Shown here: piece by piece, positions 38,743 through 48,039 of the stretch | Position numbering within the stretch: the first letter of the stretch is position 1 | Layout of the letters: each line of letters opens with the position of its first letter | Source: Acidobacteriota bacterium | Lineage (GTDB): Bacteria > Acidobacteriota > Vicinamibacteria > Vicinamibacterales > CAVVIG01 | NCBI GenBank assembly: GCA_018268955.1 | Contig: JAFDVO010000012.1 | Location: 128,215 to 192,214, forward strand | Direction: 5' to 3' | DNA length: 64,000 nt | Translations under genes and position numbers: made by a program | Notes under the pieces: model-generated | Seen by the model: the letters and a program-made list of their open reading frames with translations, nothing else | What the model was told of the DNA's origin: nothing | Database searches by the model: none

Positions 38743-41136
38743 ATGCGAATGCTCCGATGCGCCGCACCCGCGGTGCTCTGCGTCCTGATGCTCGCGGCAA
38801 CGTCCAACGCCCAGCCAGCCACCACGGATGGTCCGGCGGGTCAGGTCGGCGCGAGCATTCCGGCTGATACCCTTCGCGATCTCCCGGTCGCCGATTCCGT
38901 CTATGCCCTGCTCGAGACGACGCAGTCCGAGCTCATCGCCGACCGCTTCAACAGTGGCGGCCTGAACGTGGGTGGCGACACGCGCGTCGGTGGGTTCCTG
39001 GGGTCGTGGTCGCAGACGCGCTTCCGGATCGGGGACATCGACATCAGCGACCCGATGGGCGGTGGAGCCGCCCTGCTCTTTCCAGTCGCCTCGTTCTGGC
39101 AGCACGTCACGACGACAACCGGCCTCTTCCCCGCCGACGTGAATACCCCGGGGCTGGCGGTCGGCCTCGATCCGCTGCGCGGAGGCAAGGCGTGGAGCAG
39201 CATCTTCACGGGCACGGTTTCCGGTGGGCCGCTTGCCGCCGACGCGCCGACGAAGCAGCCGATTCCGGTCGCGCGGCTGAAGAACTTCGGCCAGGGCTCC
39301 GGCATCGTCACCGGGCCGGTGTCGTCACGCGCGACGCTCGCCGTCGGCGCGAGCTGGATGCAGGGCTCCTCGTATCGGCGGGAACAGCTCGCGACAACCG
39401 ACAGCGCCCTCGCCTCGGCCTTCGCACACCTCGCAGTCGAGACCTCGCCGGACCGCGAGTGGCGCGTGCTCGGCCTCGTGCAGCGCTCACTGCTGCCCTT
39501 CGAGTACTGGCAGCTGTCCCGTGCGCCGGGTGCGCAGGCGACGAATACCGCGGTGCACGTGCAGACGACACTCGAATCGCATGCGGCCGACGGCGCACGG
39601 TGGCGGGTGTTTGCCGGCGTCACCCAGCGCAACCGCGACAACAGCATTGGCTCCTCGACGCTCTACATCGACCGCATCGTGGACGGCCCCGTCCAGTCGG
39701 TCGTCGAGAGCGTTGCCGACGTGACCGCGCGTCGGCTGTCGGCGGGTGCCCGCATCGCTCCCAACACCGCGCGTGACGCCGCCCTCCGGATGGACTACGG
39801 CGTGGACCTCGATCTCTCGTCATCCACGTCGAGCAGCGTCTTCGCTGGCACCGTCCGCGAAGCGGTCAACAGCTTCCCGGCGCGCATCTGGTCGTACAAC
39901 AGCATCCCGGGTTCGCCGTCACGATCCACCAGCACCGCTGCGGGGTTCGCCCACGCCGTCGTGACCATGTCTCCTCGCGCGACGCTCGATGCCGGCGCGC
40001 GCGCAGAGTGGGTCCACGGCAGCGCGGACGGCGCGAAGACATCCGTGTCGTGGCTCAGCCTGCTGCCGCGAGCATCGCTGCGCCTGGCGCTCGGTGAGCA
40101 GCGGGCGCTCACCTTCGGCTACGGACGCAGCGCCAACACCCTGACACACAATTGGCTCGCCTACGGCGACCCCGCCGCCGCCACGGCGCGCGTCGTCTCC
40201 GTGGCCACCCCGAATACCGTCGTGGCCAGGGTCGGCCCGGGGATCAACGGGAACCCGGCGTTCAGCGGGCTCGCGACTGACCTGAAGCGGCCGTATACGG
40301 ACGAACTGATCGTGGGGTGGGAGCGTCGTCGCGGTGCGTCAACCCGCTACACCCTCACCGGCATCGCCCGATGGGAGAACAACATGCTAGGCGTCGTGAA
40401 CACCGGCGTTCCGACGTCCGGCTATTCAGTGATTTCCGTGCCCGACGCGGGCAAGGATCTCGTGGATCCGGCTGACGACCGCCAGCTCGCCATCTACAAC
40501 CGCCTGCCCTCAACATTTGGCCAGGATGCCTATCTGGTCACGAATCCGTCCCAGAAGCGTGCGCGTGCGTTCGCGCTGCGCATGGCCCTCGAGCACAACG
40601 GGGATCGGCTCTTCATGCTGCTGGGTGCGACCGCCTCGGCGGCGCAGGGAGCGGGCGGGAACCGCGGCTACGGTCCGCTGGAGAACGATCAGGACCAGCC
40701 AGGCGAACTGTTCAGCACCCCGAACGGAGGCAGCTACGCCTACGGTCGGCTGTTCAGCGACCGCGCGTTCACGATCAAGTGGACCACGCTGTATCGATTC
40801 CCGGGCGATGTGACCGTTGCAGGCATTGCGAGATACCAGGACGGCCAGCCGTTCTCCAGGATGGTCATCGCGCCGTCCCTGAACCAGGGCATCGAGGCGG
40901 TGCAGGCGTATCCGAACGGCGGCAGCCGCTACACGTTCACCGGCACGTTCGACGTGCGCGCGCAGAAAGGGTTCCGTGCCGGCACGGCGCGCGTCGACGC
41001 CATCCTCGATGCCTACAACCTGTTCACGCGTAACAACGAAGTCGAGGAGTACGTCGTCTCCGGCCTGCAGTTCCGCACGCCCACGGCGATCCAGCCCCCT
41101 CGTTCCGTCCACGTCGGACTGCGCCTGACGTTCTGA
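38743..41136 (+). CDS. TonB-dependent-receptor-like / Oar-like outer-membrane beta-barrel protein
   Basis: Signal peptide MRMLRCAAPAVLCVLMLAATSNAQ. Plug-like LRDLPVADSVYALLETTQSELIADRFNSGGLNVGG...FRIGDIDISDP. ~790 aa, beta-rich, ending in the OMP terminal motif VHVGLRLTF. Confidence 0.6.
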   Translation: MRMLRCAAPAVLCVLMLAATSNAQPATTDGPAGQVGASIPADTLRDLPVADSVYALLETTQSELIADRFNSGGLNVGGDTRVGGFLGSWSQTRFRIGDIDISDPMGGGAALLFPVASFWQHVTTTTGLFPADVNTPGLAVGLDPLRGGKAWSSIFTGTVSGGPLAADAPTKQPIPVARLKNFGQGSGIVTGPVSSRATLAVGASWMQGSSYRREQLATTDSALASAFAHLAVETSPDREWRVLGLVQRSLLPFEYWQLSRAPGAQATNTAVHVQTTLESHAADGARWRVFAGVTQRNRDNSIGSSTLYIDRIVDGPVQSVVESVADVTARRLSAGARIAPNTARDAALRMDYGVDLDLSSSTSSSVFAGTVREAVNSFPARIWSYNSIPGSPSRSTSTAAGFAHAVVTMSPRATLDAGARAEWVHGSADGAKTSVSWLSLLPRASLRLALGEQRALTFGYGRSANTLTHNWLAYGDPAAATARVVSVATPNTVVARVGPGINGNPAFSGLATDLKRPYTDELIVGWERRRGASTRYTLTGIARWENNMLGVVNTGVPTSGYSVISVPDAGKDLVDPADDRQLAIYNRLPSTFGQDAYLVTNPSQKRARAFALRMALEHNGDRLFMLLGATASAAQGAGGNRGYGPLENDQDQPGELFSTPNGGSYAYGRLFSDRAFTIKWTTLYRFPGDVTVAGIARYQDGQPFSRMVIAPSLNQGIEAVQAYPNGGSRYTFTGTFDVRAQKGFRAGTARVDAILDAYNLFTRNNEVEEYVVSGLQFRTPTAIQPPRSVHVGLRLTF

Positions 41137-41175
41137 TGCACGAGCCGTCAGGGATGGGAGGCTGGAGGTTCTAGG

Positions 41176-42528
41176 TTGGGGGTTGCGGGCGGAGGGTGGG
41201 CGATTGGCGCCGTCGTACTCCTTGCGTGCGTGCTGTACGTGCTGCGCGTCTACCCGCTGGTGGGCGCCGGATACCGCGCGAAGGTGCTGTGCAGCGCGCT
41301 GTTCGGCAGCGGCCGCGACCTCGACACGCACCTTCGCACGCAGATCAGTGCCGACGCGTACCTGATTCTTCGGCCCTTCAGGGTCCATGTGGACCGCACG
41401 GCCCGCTCCGTGAGCGCGTCGTTCTTCGGCCTGCTGTCGCGAACGGCGGTCTACCGCGACGGCCTCGGCGCAACGCTGCTCGCAGGGCCTCACCTCGTGA
41501 CGCTGGGCCCGCCCGTTCCCCAGCGGACCCCCGTCGTCTCCTCGGCGCCCGCCTGGCCACGCGGCCATGGGTCCGGGGCGCTGCAGGACGTGGTTGACGC
41601 AGCGTTTCTCGAGCCTCAACCGCAGCGCCTGCGACGCACCTACGCCGTGCTCGTCGTCCGGGATGGAGAGATTGTCGCGGAGCGCTATGCCTGCGGCATC
41701 AGGCCGGAGATGCCGATGCCAGGGTGGTCCATGGCGAAGAGCGTGCTGAACGCGCTCGTCGGCATTCTCGTCGCCGAAGGGCGACTGCGGCTGGACCAAC
41801 GCGAACTCCTCCGCGAGTGGCCAGCCAGCGATCCACGCGGAGCGATCACACTCGAGGACCTGCTGCGCATGCGGTCGGGCCTGCGCTTCCGCGAACAGTA
41901 CGGCAATCCCTGGTCCGACGTGCTGCGCATGCTGTATCGCAGCCACGACATGGCGGCCTGCGCTGCGGCGATGCCGCTCATCGCCGCGCCAGGGACGGCG
42001 TGGCAGTACTCGAGCGGCACGACGAACATCCTGTCGAAGGTCGTCAGGGGTGTGGTGGGCGACGCCGAGTATCACGGGTGGCCGCGTCGCGCGCTCTTCG
42101 GTCGCATCGGAATGAGCAGTGCCACGCCCGAGCCGGACCCATCGGGGACGTTCGTGTTCTCGTCGTACATGCTCGCGACCGCGCGCGACTGGGCTCGATT
42201 CGGACAGCTCTTCCTGGATCGGGGCCGGTGGAAGGGCGACCAGATTCTTCCCGAGGAGTGGATCGACTTCAGCACGACGCCCACGGTTCAGTGCCCTGAG
42301 GGGCGCCATGGCGCTCACTGGTGGGTGAAGCTGAATCCCGAGATCGGCGGCGACTCACCAGCCGCACGTCGCATCGCAGCGGACGCGTTCTTTGCGATTG
42401 GCCACGAAGGACAGACGCTCAGCGTCATTCCGTCGAAGCGGCTCGTCGTGGTCCGCCTCGGCGCGGCTATCTACATCGATGCCTGGAACCACGCGCAGTT
42501 CATCGCCGACGTGCAGGATGCGGTGTAA
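41176..42528 (+). CDS. Beta-lactamase-fold serine hydrolase with an N-terminal membrane anchor
   Basis: TTG start 7 nt after GGAGG. N-terminal TM (WAIGAVVLLACVLYVL). SxxK nucleophile context PGWSMAKSVLNALVGILVAEG. HEGQTLSVIPSKRLVVVRLG is typical of the class-C-like fold's C-terminus. Confidence 0.75.
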   Translation: MGVAGGGWAIGAVVLLACVLYVLRVYPLVGAGYRAKVLCSALFGSGRDLDTHLRTQISADAYLILRPFRVHVDRTARSVSASFFGLLSRTAVYRDGLGATLLAGPHLVTLGPPVPQRTPVVSSAPAWPRGHGSGALQDVVDAAFLEPQPQRLRRTYAVLVVRDGEIVAERYACGIRPEMPMPGWSMAKSVLNALVGILVAEGRLRLDQRELLREWPASDPRGAITLEDLLRMRSGLRFREQYGNPWSDVLRMLYRSHDMAACAAAMPLIAAPGTAWQYSSGTTNILSKVVRGVVGDAEYHGWPRRALFGRIGMSSATPEPDPSGTFVFSSYMLATARDWARFGQLFLDRGRWKGDQILPEEWIDFSTTPTVQCPEGRHGAHWWVKLNPEIGGDSPAARRIAADAFFAIGHEGQTLSVIPSKRLVVVRLGAAIYIDAWNHAQFIADVQDAV

Positions 42529-42579
42529 CTGCCGCTGAGCGCTTGTACGACTGCAGGCCCTGGCTCCTGACCTCGCAGG

Positions 42580-43419
42580 TCAGGGGACCTTGAACGCGTT
42601 GAAGACCCACGTGAGCCCGGCCGTCATGCCGATCGTGGGACCCGCGTTCGTGAGCCCGACGATGGCGCCGGCGTCGAGTCGCACCGAGCCGGTCGTGTAG
42701 CGTCCCCCGAGCCGCATCGCCGATCGGGTCTCTGTTCCCGGCAGCGGGCCGGCGCTGCGGGTGTTCGCGCGACCGTTCACCTCGCCCACGACCTCAGCCT
42801 TCTCCGTGAGGGCCCTAGCGATCGACACGCCGTAGGTGAGCACATCATTCTGCCGGTTGCCGGACGTCGGGTCTCCCAGGATCGCGAACCCGACGTTCCC
42901 GACCACGCGGACCGACTGGACGTTCTTGGCGGCAAGGAGCGAGGCGAAGAAGTCGGTCGTGTCGAGGCCCAGGCCCGACTCGTTACTGGCGTTCGGGAGT
43001 TTCGTGGCGAACCGGATCCCCACGGCCGGCCGACCGCCCTGCTCGGAGAGCAGCCGCACCTTCGTGCCAATCACGATGTCGCTGACGTCGCTCGTCGACT
43101 CGCCGGTGACGTTCAGGAGGCTCGACAGAGGTGCCGGGTTCCGCTTCGTAATCGACAACTGCTCGTGCAGGCCACCGTCGATCTGCAGTTCCGCAATCGA
43201 GCTGAGGCCGACGCTGACGCCGACCGTTGGAACCCGGACGAGGTCGCCTTCGAGACCGGACACCGGGTAGTGCTGTCCATGCAGGAGGTCTACCCCGCTC
43301 TCGAGCAGGACGCGCCCTGCGCCGACCGGTTCTGGATCCTCTGTTACCAGCGGCCGCTGCTGGGCATATGCCGCTTCCGCCGAGAACACCAGCACCATCG
43401 CACAGACAGCCCGCAGCAT
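42580..43419 (-). CDS. Outer-membrane beta-barrel protein (MetA/phenol-degradation-type transporter-like)
   Basis: Signal peptide MLRAVCAMVLVFSAEAAYAQQ. Then RPLVTEDPEPVGAGRVLLESGVDL and alternating beta-strand pattern to the C-terminus. The family call is tentative. Confidence 0.55.
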   Translation of the reverse strand: MLRAVCAMVLVFSAEAAYAQQRPLVTEDPEPVGAGRVLLESGVDLLHGQHYPVSGLEGDLVRVPTVGVSVGLSSIAELQIDGGLHEQLSITKRNPAPLSSLLNVTGESTSDVSDIVIGTKVRLLSEQGGRPAVGIRFATKLPNASNESGLGLDTTDFFASLLAAKNVQSVRVVGNVGFAILGDPTSGNRQNDVLTYGVSIARALTEKAEVVGEVNGRANTRSAGPLPGTETRSAMRLGGRYTTGSVRLDAGAIVGLTNAGPTIGMTAGLTWVFNAFKVP

Positions 43420-43439
43420 GCGCACGCAGCAGCCCTCCA

Positions 43440-44300
43440 CTAGCCGTGAATCACCGGGAGCATCCGTCCCGATCGACGCGGCGGTGGCACGGGCCTCTCA
43501 GCCGCGATGAGCGTGTCGAGGGGAACGGTCGCGCGCAGGTCCGCCGGAGGGTTCAGCCGCGTATCGAGCAGGTGGCGCGGCGCGACGTTCTGGAGCGCCT
43601 TCAGCATCGACTGCTTGACGCCAGGATGCTCCACTTCGAGATCCATGAGCAGGCGCTTGACCCGCTGCCGCTGCAGCGACAGGTCGCCGCACGCCGGGCA
43701 GCAGCACCCGATGATCGGGAGTTCGGATTCCTTCGCGTACAGCCGCGCTTCGTCCTCGCCCACATACGCCAGCGGCCTGATCACCACGTGCGCCCCGTCG
43801 TCAGACACCAGCTTCGCGGGCATCGCCTTCAGCGCGCCGGCGAAGAACAGGTTCAGCAGGAGCGTCTCGATGAAGTCGTCCATGTGGTGGCCGAGCGCGA
43901 TCTTGGTGGCGCCGACCTCCTTGGCGACACGGTACAGCACGCCCCGCCGAAGCCGCGCGCAGAGGGAACATGGCGTCTGGTCTTCGTCGAGGATGTCCTC
44001 TATGAGCTCGCCAATCCCTGTGTGCTCGATGCGGAGGTCCCAGCCGCGGTCGCGGCACGTGCGCGCGATGACGTCGTGCTTGTAGTCCTTGTAGCCGGAA
44101 TCGACGTTCACGGCAACGACGGAGAACTTCACCGGCGCACGCTTCTGGAGGACGCCAAGGACCTGCATGAGCGCCCAGCTGTCCTTGCCTCCGGAGAGGC
44201 CGACCATGATGCGGTCGCCGTCCGCAATCATGTCGTAGTCGACGATCGCCTTGGTCGTTTTCTTCGCGATCCGCGCTTCGAGTTCCGAGCGGTACCCCAT
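43440..44300 (-). CDS. ttcA: tRNA 2-thiocytidine(32) synthetase
   Basis: PP-loop VGLSGGKDS and Fe-S cysteines CSLCARLRRG and CCCPACG. GHHMDDFIETLLLNLFFAG is the TtcA-specific block. Confidence 0.92.
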   Translation of the reverse strand: MGYRSELEARIAKKTTKAIVDYDMIADGDRIMVGLSGGKDSWALMQVLGVLQKRAPVKFSVVAVNVDSGYKDYKHDVIARTCRDRGWDLRIEHTGIGELIEDILDEDQTPCSLCARLRRGVLYRVAKEVGATKIALGHHMDDFIETLLLNLFFAGALKAMPAKLVSDDGAHVVIRPLAYVGEDEARLYAKESELPIIGCCCPACGDLSLQRQRVKRLLMDLEVEHPGVKQSMLKALQNVAPRHLLDTRLNPPADLRATVPLDTLIAAERPVPPPRRSGRMLPVIHG

Positions 44301-44309
44301 GGTCTGATT

Positions 44310-45050
44310 CTACCGGGTGGACACGACGCGCGCCGGGATGCCGACGGCCACCGCCTGAGCCGCTACGTCGTGCGTGACGACCGCCCCGGCGCCGACGACC
44401 GCCTTGTCGCCGATGGAGACACCATCGAGCACTTTCGCGCCTGCGCCAATCCAGGCACCGGAGCCGATCTGCACGCCTCGTGACGTGCGCCCCTGCTCGA
44501 GGATCGACTTCGACGGGTCCGAGAAGTCGTGATCCCCACCGATGACGTACGTGTAGGCCGCGAGCAGCGTCCCGGTTCCGATGGAGACGCGGCTCGCGGA
44601 GAAGATCTCGCAGTTGAAGCCGATGTTCGCGCCATCCGCGAGTTCGATGTCACCGTTCTTGCACGAGACGATGGTGTTCCGGCCGATGAACACGCCGCTG
44701 CCGATCCGGATGCCGGCGTTCGTCTCCCCCTTGGCGTCGAGGAGGCAGTTGTCGTCGACGACGACGTTATCGCTGATGTGGATCTTGTGGGGGTGACGCA
44801 CGACGACGTTCTGGCCGAAGACGACGTTGCGTCCGCAGGAACCGAGCAGCGTCGGATACAGCGCCTTGCGGAGCGCAAGGCCGAGGGCGCCCGGCACCCA
44901 CTGGGACAGCAGCATCACGCTCTCGTACCACAGCAGTGATGCCAGATCGGCACGTCCGATGACCAGCTTGGCGTACTTCGCGCGCGCACTCGTGCCGCTG
45001 TCGAACAGCTGTTCCTGCGCCTTGGGGATATTCGATGACGTTGTGCTCAT
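44310..45050 (-). CDS. Hexapeptide-repeat (left-handed beta-helix) sugar O-acyltransferase
   Basis: Repeated [LIV]-G-x4 hexapeptides (IRIGSGVFIGRNTIV..., VQIGSGAWIGAGAKVLDGVSIGDKAVVGAGAVV). The N-terminal hydrophobic segment is typical of EPS acetyltransferases. Confidence 0.85.
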   Translation of the reverse strand: MSTTSSNIPKAQEQLFDSGTSARAKYAKLVIGRADLASLLWYESVMLLSQWVPGALGLALRKALYPTLLGSCGRNVVFGQNVVVRHPHKIHISDNVVVDDNCLLDAKGETNAGIRIGSGVFIGRNTIVSCKNGDIELADGANIGFNCEIFSASRVSIGTGTLLAAYTYVIGGDHDFSDPSKSILEQGRTSRGVQIGSGAWIGAGAKVLDGVSIGDKAVVGAGAVVTHDVAAQAVAVGIPARVVSTR

Positions 45051-45056
45051 CGGCGT

Positions 45057-46037
45057 TCAGAGCCACCCCTGGTTGCGGTACCAGTCGAGCGTGCGGCGGA
45101 TGCCCTCGCGCAGGGTCACCTGTGGGTTGTAGCCGATCTCCATGCGCGCGCGGCTGATGTCGAACGCACGGCTCTTCGTGTAGAAGTCCACGCGTCGCCG
45201 GTATAGCGGCGGCTCGATGCGGAGTGGCGCGCACACCGCCTCGCACGCGGCTCCCGCAAGCCAGAACGGCCAGACCGGAAGATGCAGGGTCGGCGGACGC
45301 ACGCCCGCGACCTCCGCGATGATCTGTACGAGCTCGTTGAGCGTGGTGACCTCCCCGCCCGCGAGAATGTAGGTGCGGTTCGCGCCACCCGGCGCTTCGG
45401 CGCAGAGCCGGAAGCCTTCGCAGAGATCGTCGATGTACGTGAGGTGGTAGAAGATGGCGCCGCTGCCGAGAATCGGAAACCGGCCGCGAACCACGCCCCT
45501 GAACAGCTTGAGGAGCCGCCGATCGCCAGGCCCATAGATGCCCGTGGGCCGCGCGATCGTGACGTCGACGCCGAACCGCTCGGCTGCGTCACGCGCGAGC
45601 CGTTCGCCCTCGAGCTTCGTCTCCTGGTACACGTCGCCCGGCTTGAGCGGCGCATCTTCGTTCGCGGGCGGATGCTCGACGTCTCCGTGGACGCCCACCG
45701 TGCTGCAGTGCACCACACGCGCGACGCCCGCACGGGCGGAGGCCTCGATGATGTCGCGCACGGCGAGGGCGTTCACCGCACGGTACGTGTCGGCGGGCAG
45801 TCCCGCCTGCCGGTACATCGCCGCGATGTGGTAGACGCGCTCCATGCCAGCGACGGCGCGATCGAGCGCGGCACGGTCCCGCAGGTCGCCTTCGACCAGT
45901 TCGATACCGAGCGCGTCGAGGTCCGCCGCACGACGGCGATCGCGCACCAGCGCACGGACGCGGTGGCCGCGCGCCACGAGCATGCGCGCCAGGTGCCCAC
46001 CCGTGAACCCGGTGGCGCCGGTGACGAGGTCAGCCAC
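45057..46037 (-). CDS. NAD(P)-dependent epimerase/dehydratase (extended SDR)
   Basis: LVTGATGFTGGHL, catalytic DVYQETK (YxxxK), CSTVGVHG. 326 aa. Confidence 0.85.
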   Translation of the reverse strand: MADLVTGATGFTGGHLARMLVARGHRVRALVRDRRRAADLDALGIELVEGDLRDRAALDRAVAGMERVYHIAAMYRQAGLPADTYRAVNALAVRDIIEASARAGVARVVHCSTVGVHGDVEHPPANEDAPLKPGDVYQETKLEGERLARDAAERFGVDVTIARPTGIYGPGDRRLLKLFRGVVRGRFPILGSGAIFYHLTYIDDLCEGFRLCAEAPGGANRTYILAGGEVTTLNELVQIIAEVAGVRPPTLHLPVWPFWLAGAACEAVCAPLRIEPPLYRRRVDFYTKSRAFDISRARMEIGYNPQVTLREGIRRTLDWYRNQGWL

Positions 46038-46773
46038 GTTCGGCGTAGACGGTCACCGGCGAGCCGAGGAACCGCAGCGCGCCGATGCGCGCAAGCCACC
46101 GCTCGGAGGCTTCGGTGAAGGCGCGCGACCCGATCGCCTTGTGCACGGCGATCGGCAGCACGAACTGACGGTGGATCGCCACCACTCGGAAGCCGTGGCG
46201 TTGCAGTTCTCCACGAACCTGACCATCGAGGAACACGCGATAGGGCTCGCTGCTCATGCCGATCGGATGGAGCAGTTTCCGGCCAATCGACTCGAGTAGC
46301 GCCGTGCTGCGCGCAGACGGGTAGTCGAGGATGACCGCGTGGGAGGCGACGCGACAGAGTTCGCCGATGCACTGCCGCCAGCGCGGCGTGTGCATGAGGA
46401 CGCGCAGACTCACGGCGATGTCAAAGGCGCGATCGGGGAAACCGATATCGTGGGCATCGCCGACCTGGAAGTCGACAGCGGCGTGTGTCTCCCGTGCGCG
46501 TTCCCGGGCGATCGCGAGCATCTCCTCGGACGCATCGATGCCCGTGACGCGGGCGCCAGCCGCGGCGAGGAGGAACGCCCCACGGCCGGTCCCCGTGCCC
46601 ACGTCGATGATCCGGCGCCCCTGGATCGGGCCGAGCATGTCGGCGAGGACATCGGCCTGGCCCTTGGCGACCAGGTCCCCAATCGGCCCGCCGAAGCGGC
46701 GCGCATCGAACGCGCGAGCGTTGGCGGCGTCCGCGTAGAACGTGTAGCTGTAGTGCTCGCGCCCGTCGCTCAC
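46030..46773 (-). CDS. Class I SAM-dependent methyltransferase
   Basis: IIDVGTGTGRGAFLLAAAGARVTGIDASEEMLAIARE and FDIAVSLRVLMH. Overlaps both neighbours by a few nt. Confidence 0.85.
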   Translation of the reverse strand: MSDGREHYSYTFYADAANARAFDARRFGGPIGDLVAKGQADVLADMLGPIQGRRIIDVGTGTGRGAFLLAAAGARVTGIDASEEMLAIARERARETHAAVDFQVGDAHDIGFPDRAFDIAVSLRVLMHTPRWRQCIGELCRVASHAVILDYPSARSTALLESIGRKLLHPIGMSSEPYRVFLDGQVRGELQRHGFRVVAIHRQFVLPIAVHKAIGSRAFTEASERWLARIGALRFLGSPVTVYAERG

Positions 46774-47984
46774 GCAACGTCCTTCACGGGTGAGCCGGGT
46801 GGCACCGGCGTCATGCCGGAAAACAGCGCGTTGCAGGCGCGGCGCGTCTTCTCGAGGTAGGCCTCGTAGCTGTACTTGGTTTCGGCGAGACGCTGCGCGT
46901 TTGCACCGATCGTCGCCGCGCGTCCTGGCTCTCTCAGCGCCAGCAGGATGCCGTCCCCGAATTCGGCCGGCGTGACGCCAGTGAGAATCGCCGTCTCATC
47001 GTCCAGCACCTGCGTATGCGTCATCAGCCGCGTCGCGACGATCGCCTTCCCGGAGCGCAGGTACTGGTAGATCTTCAGCGGCGTGTTGGTCCCGCGCGAC
47101 CGCGGAGACACGAGGACGTCGCACGCAAGCAGGTAGGCCGGAATCTCGGACGCGGGCCGCTCGCCGGCGAAGATCGTCACATCGCCGATGCCGGCAGCAG
47201 CCGCCTGTGCCCGTGCCTTCTCGACCTGGTCGGGCTTGCCGCCCGCGAGGAGCAGGCGGGCATCAGGACGGGCACGACGGACGTGCGCCATCGCGTCGAA
47301 GAGCAGGTCGAGGCCTTGATACGCCTCGAAGGTCCCCGTGTAGAGCACCAGTGGGGTGTCCGCAGCCAGCCCATGACGCCCCCGAACGGTCGCGGCCTGC
47401 TCCGGAGTTGCCCGTTCCTCCGCAGAGCCTGGCGCATTCTCGATGAGGACGACATTGGCGTCCGGTGCGGTGTCACGGACCGTGTCCTCGAGCGCCGGGC
47501 AGATGACGATGACCACCTTCGAGCGGTTGATCATCAGCTTCTCGAACCAGCGAACGATGCCGCGGGCCAGGGCCGAACCGGTGAAGTCGAAGTTCGTCAA
47601 CTGCTGCGGCAGGCTCGAATGCATGTCGTACAGGTGCGGCACCCGCAACAGCGCGGAGAGGAGCACCCCGATGACCCCGCCCTCCTCGTGCGAGTGGATC
47701 GCGTCGTACTTGCCTGAGAATGCCACGCGGAACGCCGTGAGCGTCAGCAGCGCGTCCAGCGGGAACTTGGCGGCCGACGGCCCGATCTTCACGCGACGGA
47801 CGAACGGCGGGCGCGGCGCCCGGATCACCCGGAGCCCCGGCATCGAGACGTCCTGGCCGAACGGGTAGGTGACGAGATCGACCTGATGGCCGAGCGCGGT
47901 CAGGGCGCGGATTCTGTGAAATTCACTGAAAGGGGTCCCGCGGGGCTCGAAGAACGGCTCCGGCGCGATCATCAGGATGCGCAT
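46770..47984 (-). CDS. Glycosyltransferase family 4 (GT-B)
   Basis: MRILMIAPEPFFEPRGTPFS..., HSHEEGG, C-terminal LVSPRSRGTNTPLKIYQYLRSGKAIVAT (EX7E-like region). Start moved to ATG 47984. Confidence 0.88.
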   Translation of the reverse strand: MRILMIAPEPFFEPRGTPFSEFHRIRALTALGHQVDLVTYPFGQDVSMPGLRVIRAPRPPFVRRVKIGPSAAKFPLDALLTLTAFRVAFSGKYDAIHSHEEGGVIGVLLSALLRVPHLYDMHSSLPQQLTNFDFTGSALARGIVRWFEKLMINRSKVVIVICPALEDTVRDTAPDANVVLIENAPGSAEERATPEQAATVRGRHGLAADTPLVLYTGTFEAYQGLDLLFDAMAHVRRARPDARLLLAGGKPDQVEKARAQAAAAGIGDVTIFAGERPASEIPAYLLACDVLVSPRSRGTNTPLKIYQYLRSGKAIVATRLMTHTQVLDDETAILTGVTPAEFGDGILLALREPGRAATIGANAQRLAETKYSYEAYLEKTRRACNALFSGMTPVPPGSPVKDVA

Positions 47985-48039
47985 TCGCTGCTGATTTTCG
48001 CACGAATCCGTAGTAAACTCCTCCGCCGTTACCTCCTGC

